From the human T2T-CHM13v2.0 reference genome, Homo sapiens: a DNA stretch of 64,000 bases. The translations under genes and the position numbers were made by a program. The notes under the pieces were generated by a model. The model made no database searches. It saw only the letters and a program-made list of their open reading frames with translations, and was not told where the DNA came from. Below, piece after piece: positions 27,617 through 41,906 of this stretch (the first letter of the stretch is position 1; every line of letters starts with the position of its first letter). The stretch lies in NCBI RefSeq assembly GCF_009914755.1, contig NC_060925.1. One strand, given 5' to 3'.

Positions 27617-29837
27617 CTGTAGCCACAACAGACGTTGGCGGGTGAGCAGCCCGGGCAGGTAGACCATGCCAAACCTGGCCGGGACCCGCTCCTGATCCCT
27701 TCACATCCACGGATTCCCCCAGCGCCCCCCACCCCAGGGAACTCCTGCTAATCAACCAAGCTGAAACCTGGAAAAAATCAAGCCAAGTGGCGTTTCTAAT
27801 AAACGGAGACTATGTGAGAAGGTTTAATTCCAAGCGGGGGAGGGTATAGAAATCAATAATTGGCCTTTAATTAACAAACATACCCAGGTATGCTCGCAAA
27901 CGTCTGCACATCCTGTAAGATTAAATTACATACAAATTTGTGCTCTCAGGTTTATTACGTCGTAATTAATTATTAAATCACTATGCCTGTCTCTACTGAC
28001 TGTTTTAAAAACTGAGAATGCATAAGAACAATTTGGATTTTTCTTTGTTAAAACGCAGAGTTCTGTTCTATTTTTTGAGGGGGAACAAAATTTTCTCTTT
28101 TCTTCCTAAAAAGTCCTGGGGGTACAGAAAAATACCGTCTCACTCCGAAGCAAACCTAATATTATTCAAACCGATGAACCCCAAACTGCTGCGTCTTGAC
28201 TGGCATGCATATTGCACATGGGTTTTTGATAACTAAGAAGCGTCAAAACAGAGGGAGGGAAAAAAATAGCGGAAGAAGCAAGCCGCTGAGTGTCCCGGCC
28301 GGGATTCCCGATGCCAGGCGCGTTCGGCAGCAGTGCTTGAGGGCGAAACGGGCCTCAAAGTGACTCAGCGGAGGCAGGAAATCCACTCTTTGCTACCCCT
28401 TGGACTTTGTGTTTTGTTCCTTTAGTTTGTGGGGGGCGGAGAGGTGGTTCAGGTGGCGACGCTTGGCCACCTATATTGGCACTTTTCACAGCTATTTAAA
28501 GAAGGCCTTGTCCCCCAGCAACAACACTCTTGCCCTTGTCCCCCCAGTACCAACACTCTTGCGCTCCCCATTTCCCGGCTGCACTCTTCTCATTCTCCCC
28601 TTCCGAGAGGCCCGGCCACCGGCTCGGGAGCTGGGCCGGTCGCTTTGGGAGCGGATGAGGAAGGTTAGGAGAAGCAGCGAGATAGATCCCAATTTTACAA
28701 TTCTATTTTCTTTCGGTAGGGTCTCGGCGTCCTGGGCCACGTTGAGAGCGAACGTGGGCCGAGCGGAGGACACAGAGTAAAAAGCGACGCCCGCTGTATA
28801 CATAAATCCGCACCCGCTGCCCGCCCGGGTACTGCCTGCTCTGGCTTCCGCTCTCTTCCGAGGCTGGGCAAGTCCAAAAGTTCCCGAAAGGGGGGTTCAA
28901 AGAGGGGCGCTCAGTGCACGTGATTTCGTTTCATCTAGGGTGTTGGGGGTGGGGAGATTCCTCACTGGATTTGGTTTCTCCAGCAGAACTGTCTCATCCT
29001 CCACATTCATGCCGCTCTAGCGGTTCCGAGTGAAAGAGGCAAGAGGTTTAAAGGACAGAAGGAAAACTCCCTCCTGCTAAAAATAAATAAATAAAATAAA
29101 ATAAAATAAAATACGGGCTTCCCAAACTTGAAAAGCTCCAAGGGCAGAGTGGGTGGGGGAGCCGTAACCAGAATCTCTGGCTTCAGCTCTGCAAGACCCG
29201 TGTGTGGACACTCTTCCGGGGTCCTTGACTCGCTGCTCCTCCTCTGTCGCTGCAAAGGAGTTGTGAGGGGGGACCCACAGGACCCGACATCCAGCTCCAG
29301 TTAATTAACGCGGAGCCTAGGGCCCAGCCGCGCGGTCTAATCCCCGCGCTGCGTTGCCTACTGGCCCAGAAAAGTCTCTCTCGGCCTTGCCCATGGCTGA
29401 AATTGGGGCTGGAGTTGGTGGGGGAGAGAAGCCTCCTCGAACTTGGGCGCTCCAGGCCTCGGGTCTCGGATGCTATTGCCTCTAGGCCGCGAGAAGAGGG
29501 CGGCATTTATGAGACGTCGATCAGCTCCGAGATTAAAAATCCAGCCCTGGGTATTTTTAATCACTTGCCACTCAGACGCCTACGAACAAGCTCGCCCGCC
29601 CCTCGCGGCTTTGGGGAATTCGGTGCCCAGTGCGTGAGGCCTGGGGCGGCTTGTTGGATTTATTTGGGTAGGGACGACCCACAAGCACTGACGGACAGAT
29701 AGTGATGGGGCTCAATTTAGTGTATGAAGAGGGGCGCTAGCTTCCCTATCGCGGACCAGGTCCCAGAGAGCGGGGCTCCAGAGCTCAGCGCCAAGCGGAA
29801 AGAGAGTGCGCCCAGGACGCACGGCCTGAACACTCAC

Positions 29838-29913
29838 CCAGCAGCGAGGAGAAGGAGGCCGAGGTGTCGATCGCGCTTTGGAAGTTCTCCTCCATCTTTA
29901 GGCCGTCCAGCAT
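29838..29913 (-). CDS. LMX1A: LMX1A first coding exon (exon 2), 76 coding nt: [25 protein letters not shown]+G
   Basis: Peptide matches the LMX1A N-terminus as I recall it. ATG at 29913-29911. Donor G|GTGAGT at 29838/29837. Acceptor (pyrimidine tract TTTCTTCTCCTCTACAG) ends at 29936. Phase 1 joins exon 3 in frame (G|GC = Gly). Confidence 0.97.
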
Positions 29914-29935
29914 GTTCGGGCCGGGCCGGGAGGAC
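29914..29935 (-). other. LMX1A: 5'UTR portion of LMX1A exon 2 (22 nt)
   Basis: Lies between the acceptor CAG (29938-29936) and the ATG. Confidence 0.9.
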
Positions 29936-30423
29936 CTGTAGAGGAGAAGAAACGATGCGTCTGACGTCCGTGCCCGCTGGGACTCGGCGCCAGCAGCCAC
30001 CGCACTCCTGGGAAAGAACTGAGGGAGTGTCCAGGGCGACCAGAATCAGCCAGGAGGATAGGGTCCAGCCAAGAGAATGTAGGGTGGGAGGAGAGATCAG
30101 TCACAGCGAACTGCTCTGGCTGATCTGATTTCACTTGAAGTCAACACGTTATGTACTTAGGCCTCCGCCCCCCAACTGCGTTTCTCCTTCTCCTGCCCCC
30201 CTCACCCCCACCTACATTCCTTGCCCCAGGTTTTCCATCCCGAATCCGACTCCGCCCCAACCTATACGAAGGTGGGCCCTCGGGACGTCTCTGCAGGAAC
30301 GCAGCTACTGGGGTATATTGGGTATATAAAGAGTGGGTACCCTCCCTCGAGCGACCGGGTCCAGGCACGCGGGACGATGGGGTTTGCAATCCCGCGTCCC
30401 AGCCGCCCCGTTGCGGCCCTCAC

Positions 30424-30600
30424 CTGCCCCAGGTCGAGAAGGGGCACTGTAAGGGACCCGGAGGGCGTCCCGCCCGCTTCTGGACTCCTGGCGCTGCGCT
30501 CTGTTGGGGTGCGCGCAGGAGCCGGTGTGCGGGGCGCGCGGGGAGGTCCTCCCGCCAGTCGGCCAGTGCCGGGAATGTCTGCAGAAGCAAAAGAGTCGCC
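30424..30600 (-). other. LMX1A: Candidate alternative non-coding first exon of LMX1A (5' end approximate)
   Basis: Strong donor CAG|GTGAGG at 30424/30423, in a GC-rich region with GC boxes. Confidence 0.5.
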
Positions 30601-30708
30601 TCGGGGAGGAGCCCCGGCTGGCCCGGCTCACTCTTGGATGCATTTCAAGTCAACTTTCAGAAACACGCCCGCCCGAGCCACAGCCTAGGCACGGGCAGCC
30701 TTACTTAC

Positions 30709-31069
30709 CTGGTAGGCGAGCTCTCTCCCAGTGACTGGAGCAGAGAGAAGTTGCGGAGCGCTGCTGGAAGCTTCTGCCCGGGAAGGCGTCGCCCCCGAGA
30801 CTGCAGCCGGAGGAGCCGCCCTCGGCTTCGGAGCGCCGGGGAGGGAGCCGGAGCGAACGCCGGCCGCTGGCTCTGCTCCTCGGCGCGCCCAGGCTGGGCC
30901 GGGACGTGGTCGCGAGCTGCCGGCCTTCCCGGGACGTCCTACCAGCCCGCGTCGCTCCTCAGCGGGAGGAGAGGGCCAGTTGCTTCTCCAAGGCTAGGAG
31001 GGAAGGCAGAGGCCCAGGGTCCTGGGTGCGAGTCGGCCCTGCTTCGCCGGGGCGGATCCTGCAGCTTCT
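30709..31069 (-). other. LMX1A: LMX1A non-coding exon 1 (5' end approximate)
   Basis: Consensus donor CAG|GTAAGT at 30709/30708 inside the CpG island, with no upstream ATG in the exon. The 5' boundary is from recollection of the reference transcript and is not visible in sequence. Confidence 0.75.
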
Positions 31070-31405
31070 GACAGGGGCCGCGGCGCTGCGTGCGCGGCGG
31101 CGGAGAGGGGGTGGGGTGCGCTGGGCGGGGGGCTGGCAGCGCGTCCCGTGGCGGGGCCGTGGTGCTCCCTTTCCCAGCCTGGCTGCGCGGCCACCACACG
31201 GCCGCTGCCCTCTGAGCCCCTCCGCCTCTGGGAGCTCTCGGACACGCTAAGTTTCCTCCCCTCCACGTGTAACTGTTACCTCGGGGCGCTCTGGCCCGGT
31301 CGCCCCCCAGTGCCCCTCACCCCGACTGGGCCTTTGCGGAGATGTCGGCGCCTCCTGGACAGCGGTGCCGCCACGAGGATTCCCCCGCCGCTCTCCAACT
31401 GCTGC

Positions 31406-31413
31406 TATAAAAG
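31406..31413 (+). promoter_or_regulatory. TATA box (TATAAAAG) pointing away from LMX1A
   Basis: Exact TATAWAWR match embedded in GC-rich sequence at the distal edge of the CpG island. Function not shown. Confidence 0.4.
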
Positions 31414-32960
31414 CGCTGCAATCCTTACCCGGGCCCCGGGAAGCGCTGAGAAGCTGTTTAGCGCCAGTAGATGTGGGCCCAGCAGCTCCTAGCTCCTCAA
31501 ACCCCTCATCACCCGAGGGCTCATGCCAGTTTCCAACTTCCTTTAAGGTCGAACCATATTCACTCATGGGGCGTACAGAGGCCATGGGACTCACGGCCTA
31601 AGAATCATGCTCTTGGGAGACACTAGGTGGGATCTGCCCCCCAGATGATGAACTTGCAATGACACTCAACAGGAAATCAGGTAAAGGGACATTGTTAGGG
31701 GAACAAAGTATCTGGGGAGAAATGTGAATTATCTGCACCTCCTAACTTTAATTTACAATAACAGACCTTTAGCCCCCTCCAGAGCAGGAATAAGGCCTTA
31801 TCCGTCTGTATAGCCCAGGAGGTAAGCATGTTGTGTGACCCCAAGTGGATGCTCAATAAATAAATTACAATGCTGGCTAGCGTTTATCGTTTATTTTGTG
31901 CCAGCTTTGTTACACAGTCACCTCATTTAATCTTTACAACAACCCCCATGAAGTGGAGACAATTGTTGTCCCAATCTTACAGTTGAGGGAAATGGAAGGG
32001 AATTCATGGAATCCGAGTCCCATCATCTGAATACCATGGGAAGGTTCAGTTCAATTCAGTGTGATTCTCTGGGGCACCTTCAGTTCCTAAACTGAACTGA
32101 ACTGAGATGAAATTGGCAGGCCGTTTGACATGGTGAACTCAGGCAGAGGAGATGCCACATAGCCAGGGTTTTTCTATTACCTCCTCCAAAGACAGAGCCA
32201 CTTCTTTATTCCTAAAGAAAAAGTGCTGGCAGCAACTTGCTCTAATGTGCTTAGGAGCAGCGACCCCACTAAGCACTAAAAAAGCCATTCTAAGTGCTTT
32301 CTGCCAGCAGGCACAAGCCAAACACTGAATATGACTCCAGAAGAAAGAGGGGAAATGGCAAAGAGGCTAATACGTTATATTCGAATGCTGCTTTACAGGC
32401 ATTTTCACATACATGATTTTGCTTGATCTTTACAGCAAACCTGTGAGGTAGGCAGAACAGTTTTATCTTTTGTTTCAGATGAATCTTTGGAGCTTAGCAC
32501 GGCTGGGAGATTTCCCTGATGTTGCCCAGATGGCTAGTGGCATGTCTCCTAACACCTGACCTCTGTCCTTTCTGTCACCCCAGGTAGAGCAGGGTGTAAA
32601 AAAATACAAACTACAAGTATTATTAGGATAATATGTGAAATAGAAGTTAAGCAAGAAAAAAATGGAATAGGGCAGATACAACCATAAGGAATGTTTTTAT
32701 GTAAATACCCGGCAGAATTTTGGTTTCACTAAAGGTCTTATATGAAATATATGAAATACATTTTAACTAGTGGTAAGACTATTCCTTTTAGTGAATATCC
32801 TGAAAGTAGATAGATTGTCATTTGACCTGAAACTCAAATCTTTCAAACAATTCTTACATCCACCCACAAGGCCGCTTGATTAGTGTAGATCACACAGGTT
32901 TTTGGTGAGAATGTCTCCCCAGCCATTGGGCACTTCAGGATGGGGACGGTGCCTCAAAAA

Positions 32961-35858
<2,898 letters not shown>

Positions 35859-36249
35859 GAGTGGAAAAAGGCCTGAGTTCAAATCCCAGCACTGACATTA
35901 GTAAGCCATTTAATCTTAAATTATTCAACCTCTCCATGTTTCAGTTTCCTTATTGGTACAAGAAGAGGAATGATATTCCCCCGGAGTTATTGTGACAGTT
36001 AATAGTGACAATGGCTGTGAAACATCTAATAATCTGACCAACTTAATGTTCAGACTCTGTAAGTCTCCTCTACCATCCCTCTGAATGAGTTTCTGAAGGG
36101 AAATCACCTTGGCTTTGCCCTGTTCTTATGAGTAAACAGGAACCACACCAGCATTCAGGCAGAGTCCCTGTGCCTAGTGACAGCAGTTGTCTTGGTGTAA
36201 CTGAGGGGTTTCTGTGCCTGGGATAGGCTGTCCTCCATGGCTGGGCTCA

Positions 36250-36500
36250 TGGCATTGCAGGGCAGTTAAGAAGACGGGCCCTGGGGACAGACAGACATGG
36301 GATTGGTTGTTGACACTGCCACTGATGATGGCCTTGGACAAGTTCTTCAATCTCTCCAAGCCTCCATTTCCTCATTTGGTAAACTGAGGAAATTATTGAG
36401 CTGTTTTTCTGTGTGTTTAAATAAAATAATAAATACAAAATACCTAGCACAATGCTAGGAACATCGTAAGGATTCAGTGAATCGTAGCTGCTATTGTTAT
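36250..36500 (+). mobile_element. MIR SINE
   Basis: GGCCTTGGACAAGTTCTTCAATCTCTCCAAGCCTCCATTTCCTCATTTGGTAAA core. Confidence 0.75.
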
Positions 36501-39500
36501 CATTCTCACCAATATTGAACAATAAGCAGCTCTAGGACCATGTCTTATTTACGTCTGATATACCTAACACTTGAACATAGGTGTCCAGAGAATGTAACTT
36601 GAATTAACCTAAACCAAACTGAATTGAAGACAGTCCCTGGTGCTGAGTGAGGCTCACGTAGTGTTTGGCTCTTGGTTCCACCCACACTTGAGATGGCATT
36701 TCTCCTGGAGCAGTCCCACGTGTTCCCTAACAAGTCCCCAGATTGCAGGCTTCCTGCATGAAGCCCTCACTCATGGGCTCTGGCAAACCCTATCTTTGAC
36801 ATATATGTGTGATACTTCACACCAAATACCAGAAACCTGGAAATAATGGGGGGAGGGTGGGGCATGAAAAGTGAACTCCCCCAGACATCAAAACAGGGAG
36901 AGATCTGTGAAGAGGTGAGGTCTGTTAGCTCCTGGGCCTGGTTCATGTGCCACCACATCTCAGTTACCACGCGGTGAATGTATGGATGAATTTGGCAGAG
37001 GTCCTCGGGGACAATGCACAGGGAGCAGTTGGGAGCCTGGCTGAAGCCTTTTGCATCATTAGGGTGTCCCTGTGCTGGCTACAACAGCTAGGAACAGGCC
37101 CCACAGGCAGGCAATGCCTAGGGCAGAGGCAGCTGGCCTGAATTAGCGCTGTGTTGCAACAGGTGCAGAGACCATCTCCATCAAGCCAGTAGCAAGACTC
37201 CAGCTTCCTACAGGTATTTTCAGGAAGGGACTCTACCTGTGTCTTCACCTACCAAGAGCATTAAACCACAATGGAACTGAGAATGCCCCTGCCCCTGAAC
37301 GTACATCCATCCTCATTCTTCTGATGGATATGCCGTGTTTATTCCATTGTTAATTTATTTATATAATATATCTCTCCTAGTTTCTAAACAGGATTTGAGG
37401 TGACAAACACTACCAATAGTGAAATGAATTTTTTAAATTAAAATTATATACTGGGAGCAGAAAAACAAATCATACCCCCACCAAAATAATAATGTGGGGC
37501 TAAATATTTGAATTGTGATAGAATGTTAAATGTCACTCTGTGTTTACAAGGTGACACAGAGAAAAGTAAAGCTTTACAAAATTGTTACGATCCAATCAAA
37601 CTGTGTTTCCAACATTATTTATATGTCTAGCTGGCTTAGGACAGAGTCTATAATAAAAGAACATATGTAACTCATGACAATGGAGATCAGACCTGTGACC
37701 TCATGAACAGTGTTTGAAAATTTTTTACTTTTGTTTATTGACTGTATCTCACCTCTTGTGAAAAGAATTATAGCAAATGTAAAACAAATGATATATACAA
37801 CAAGTTAATAAGGTGGAACTACAAAAACAGGAAGAGAGAAAACAGATAATATTAAATATAAGAGTTAACAGTTGTCTCTTTGAGGGCAGCAACTATGATA
37901 ACACGGTTCAATCTAACATAGTTCTAAGTATGTACTTGGCACTTGTTATGTGTGAACATTTGAGCAAATGAATACCGTGAATGAGAGTCTAATTTGCCTT
38001 TGAGCTTCCTGGCGGCTAGGGCAAAAAGAGAAATAACCAGCTTATAGATATTTTTGCACCTGGATTAGAGTGGTAATTGTGGATTTGTTTGATTAAACAC
38101 AAAAGAAAATGTACCCTTAATCCTCATACCTCCAGATTCTTGTGCCCAAGGAAGTAAACAGTGAATCTTTCCATCCCGCTCCTCAGCACAGTGCCTTGCA
38201 TAAAATAAATATTTGTTGCATGAATATATTAATAAGATCATTAAAATAAAGGGTTTTTGATACATCTAAGACGTGTTTCCATTTCCTCCTTTCCTATCCC
38301 ATCAATAACTTATCCCCAATCCTTTTTCAACCTTAAAGTTCAGAGAGGAAAAAAAAATTGTCAGGAGGGTATTGAAGGTGAAGGTATTCCAGGTAGATGA
38401 CATGGCTTCAGCAAAGGCATCCGGGGAGAAAGTCAAGGTAAGTTAGAAAATCTCTGTGCACAGAAGGAAATGGGGCAACACAGGAGGTTCGAATACTGGA
38501 CTTTAAGTTTATGACTCCACAGGCCATAGAGAGCCTTTGGAAGATTGGGATTGGAGGAGTAAAATAATCAGGGGTTTGGCCTATGCTTATTAATTCTGGT
38601 ATCAGTGTGGCTAATGAATTCAAAGAAAGGAGAAGAGGGAGGTAGAGCAGATAAACTTAGTTACTCTAGTATAAGTGAGAAATTCAAGGTCTGGCCCAGG
38701 GCAGGGAAATGACCTTGAGGGGGATGAATGTAAGAGCAATATCAGAAATCAAGTCAAAAAGTCCAGCATCTGTTTAGCTGTGAAGTGAGAAGAAATGAAG
38801 GGGAAAAGGCATCAAAGAGGCTTGGGGAACAGTGTGGTAGTAATAGAAATAGGAAATGCAGGAGGAAAGCAGCAGGATGGGGTGCAAGAAGAAGTTTGGT
38901 GACTTTTCAAAATGTTTTCCCATCCATTATCTCATTGATTTCATATGCAAACAGAGTGAGATCCACCCTGAATGTCAGCTGAAAACTGCTCTGCCCCTGT
39001 TTAGAGCTGCCAAGTTTCAATGAGCAAACGTATGCCTTGATCCTTCTGGTGGTACCAGGGCACCCACTGGCAGGTGCCCTGCCCTCTCCAGGCAGCCCCA
39101 AAGCTTCGCCAGGGCTCAGCCACCCCATCCTGGCTCCGAGCCAGCAGCAGCTAAAAAGTGGGTAGTGAAAACACTGCGGCCTGCCATGCTTGCCAGGAAC
39201 ATGGATGGGTGTGCCCCGGAGTTCAGCCAGAGTCTCCCAGAACATCTGGGCAGGGTGGGGAGGGAGGAGCACAGCCATTGGAGTTTCTTTAGTGTCTCAT
39301 CTTTCTTCCCGCTGGGTAGCAGGCTCTGGTTTCACCACTGACTCACTTCCAGGCACAGGCAAGTGGTTTCACCCCAGGCTGCAACTTCTCCCCTGAGCAA
39401 TGGGACAGATAATATTTCTCACCTCCTTAGGACAGCAAGACATTAATGAGAGGGCTCTGCATGCTCCTGGCTGAGCCTCAGTTGGATGGCACAAGCAATT

Positions 39501-40972
39501 GCATAGAGAGAAGAAACACTGACCTAGTCATAAAAAGTCAGTCCTGGACGGGGCTCCAGCACAGAGCTGATCTAGCCTCTCACCTCGCAGATGAGGGGCC
39601 TCCAGTCTGTAGCCACAACCACTCCCAGCTGTCATCTGTTGGTTTTCAGATATATATGTTGGGGCCTCTTATGGATCCCTACATCCCAAGGAAAATCCAA
39701 ATTTCTCTGCACAAGCTGGTCCCACTCAACATTTCCAGCCTCCTCTCCTTCATTCCCCTTCTCTCTTCCCTCCTCCTCACTCAACTCCAGGCGTTCACAA
39801 CTCTACATTACACCCCCCCCACCCCGACACACACACACTGTGACTCAGACACTCCCCATCCATTTTCCTGGCACAGGTCTGTGCTCTGCTACCCAATCAG
39901 CAGTGTCCTCAGGCAGGAGTCCACTTTCCTTTCTTCTCTGCCCTGTTGAAAACCCACCTCTTAAGCCCTCAGACAGGTAATTAGCACCTCCTCTGCCTGG
40001 CAGGCTGTTTAGCATTTATCACAAGGTATCTCCAGTTTTCCTTTAGATATCTGCCTCCTTCACTAGAAAACACACAGATGTGTGACTTAGAGAGCTTAGT
40101 GTCCTCCCAGAGTCAGGCCCTGGTGACAGATGTGGGAAATGAAGAAGGAAAAATGCAGATTATAATAGGGTTTACAAACCAAGGGTGCAAAAAAAGGGGT
40201 ACAGTGAAGTCTGCCTCCAGTCCCTGCTCTCTGCCCAGCTCTCCCTGATACATAACATGCCAGGTAGTAGGTTATGAGGTATCCTTCAGTTTCTTTAAGC
40301 ATACACCCCAAAAACCACAACACAAATATAGATCCTTTACTTCCCGCTTTGTAACCCAAATCATAAACTTTTTTTTTACAGAGACCCTTTAAAATCTTTC
40401 AAGTTTCTCATATTCATCCTCCCTCTATTCCGATCTTCAACTCATAGGTTTAACTATCCATGAAACAAATAATACCACACATTTAATGTAAGTCACAGTA
40501 CAGGTGCATCTTGCCTTTAAAAATGATTGAGTTCCTGGGAAATTATGTAAAATCACATTTGTATTAAAGTAGTCACATTTCCAGTGCATTGAAGGGGCAT
40601 GTTGTTTAAAGATATTCAGGAGTGTATCTTCTTACCGATGAGGAAGTGGTATACTCTGCTACTCCCCAAACTGTTGATTCAGTTCAGATTTGCTAACACC
40701 TCATTCTTTTAGAACCCAGTAACACAGATTTAAAAGAGAGCAAGTTTCTCTGTCTAGTGAGAAAAAGGGTAAAATTTAGAGCCAGAGTTCCTCCCACAGA
40801 AACCCCTTCAAACCCCAAATACAGGGAACTGATAGCCCTGGTCGACCCCACCTTTTCATCTATGGAGCCAGACTCTGTGGACACATTTGCAGCTTCCTGG
40901 GGATTGGCAAGGTAGTGAGAAGCTGCTTCCATGATTTCAGCTTGCAATGGCACCATCTAATGATTTTAAAGA

Positions 40973-41268
40973 AATTTCTGTTAGAGACAGAGTCTCACTC
41001 TGTTGCCCAGGCTGGAGTGCAGTGCCATGATCATGGTTCACTATAACCTCCAGCTCCTGAGCTCAAGTGATCCTCCTGCCTCAGCCTCCCAAGAAGCTGG
41101 GACTACAAGCATGTGCCACCATTCCTGGTTAATTTTTTACATTTTTTGTAGAGGCGCGGTCTTGCTATGTTGCCCAGGCTGGTCCAAACTCCTGGCCTCA
41201 AGCGATCCTCCCATCACAGCCTCCCAAAACCCTGAGAGTACAGGCATGAGCCACCATACCGGCTGGCC
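40973..41268 (-). mobile_element. AluJ-type SINE
   Basis: Dimeric Alu with 15-bp TSD ATCTAATGATTTTAA (40955-40969) / ACCTAATGACTTTAA (41269-41283). Confidence 0.92.
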
Positions 41269-41301
41269 ACCTAATGACTTTAACTGTTCAAGATTGTAGA
41301 T

Positions 41302-41626
41302 CAGGGGTCCATCAACTACAGCCAGGGGCCAAACCCAACCCATTGCTTGTTTTTTGCACAGCCTGCAAACTAAAAGTTTTTACATTTTAAAGTGACTTTT
41401 AAGATTAAAAGAAAAATATTTTGTGACATGTGAAAATTATATGAACAATTTACATTTCAGTGTTCATAATAAAGTTTTGTTAGGACACCTTCATGCTCCT
41501 TTGTTTAGTGACTGCCTATGACTGCTCTCACCCTACAGCAACACAGTCGAATAGTTGGAATTGCAAAGTCGAAAGCCTAAAATATTTGCTCTCTGGCCCT
41601 TCACAGAAAAAGCTTGCCAAACCCTG
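41302..41626. mobile_element. MER58-like hAT-Charlie element
   Basis: CAGGGGT... and ...ACCCTG terminal inverted repeats, plus AAAGCCTAAAATATTT.CT.TCTGGCCCTT.ACAGAAAAAG.TTGCC. Confidence 0.8.
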
Positions 41627-41906
41627 TTCTAAAAGATACTATAAGACCCAAAGTAGATGTCCAGATGAAACAGATGCATCTCTTTCAGCTTTAGGTGTCT
41701 GTACCCGGCCAAATAGGATCTCAGTGCTGAGACTTTTGTTCTTCTTGAAGAAAAGCATCGCCACCATGAACCAATGCTGAGAGATTCCTCATTTGCATCA
41801 GAAGGTCAAGCTAACCTTTCTCAGCTACTCATTCTTGGAGTTCAAGATGGGCAGGTGTAGTGGGCCAGCCAACCACCTCTGCACCCTGCAAGTCCCATTA
41901 CCCTCC

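Larger units (their letters stand above)
26300..31600. promoter_or_regulatory. Multi-part CpG island / promoter of LMX1A
   Basis: Dense CpG and GC content at about 26700-27770, 28250-28930 and 29150-31600, with many CGCG and GGGCGG motifs. The flanks are CpG-depleted. Confidence 0.92.

Noticed and set aside
27617-27755. N-terminal part of the 109-aa ORF upstream of the LIM domain
   Set aside because: Intron 2 read-through. The real exon begins at the CAG acceptor (27616).
30151-31071. 306-aa + strand ORF and other long ORFs overlapping the promoter
   Set aside because: Low-complexity R/G/P/A-rich frames are expected in GC-rich CpG islands, where stops are rare. No recognisable domain.
31344-31365. 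REST/NRSE-like half sites (TCGGCGCC...GGACAGCG)
   Set aside because: Non-canonical spacing and mismatches in the left half.
32045-32106. Imperfect hairpin TTCAGTTCAATTCAGT...ACTGAACTGAACTGA, and similar text at 36540-36630
   Set aside because: Best explained by short (CTGAA/TTGAA)n L2-type tails in opposite orientation. Low complexity.
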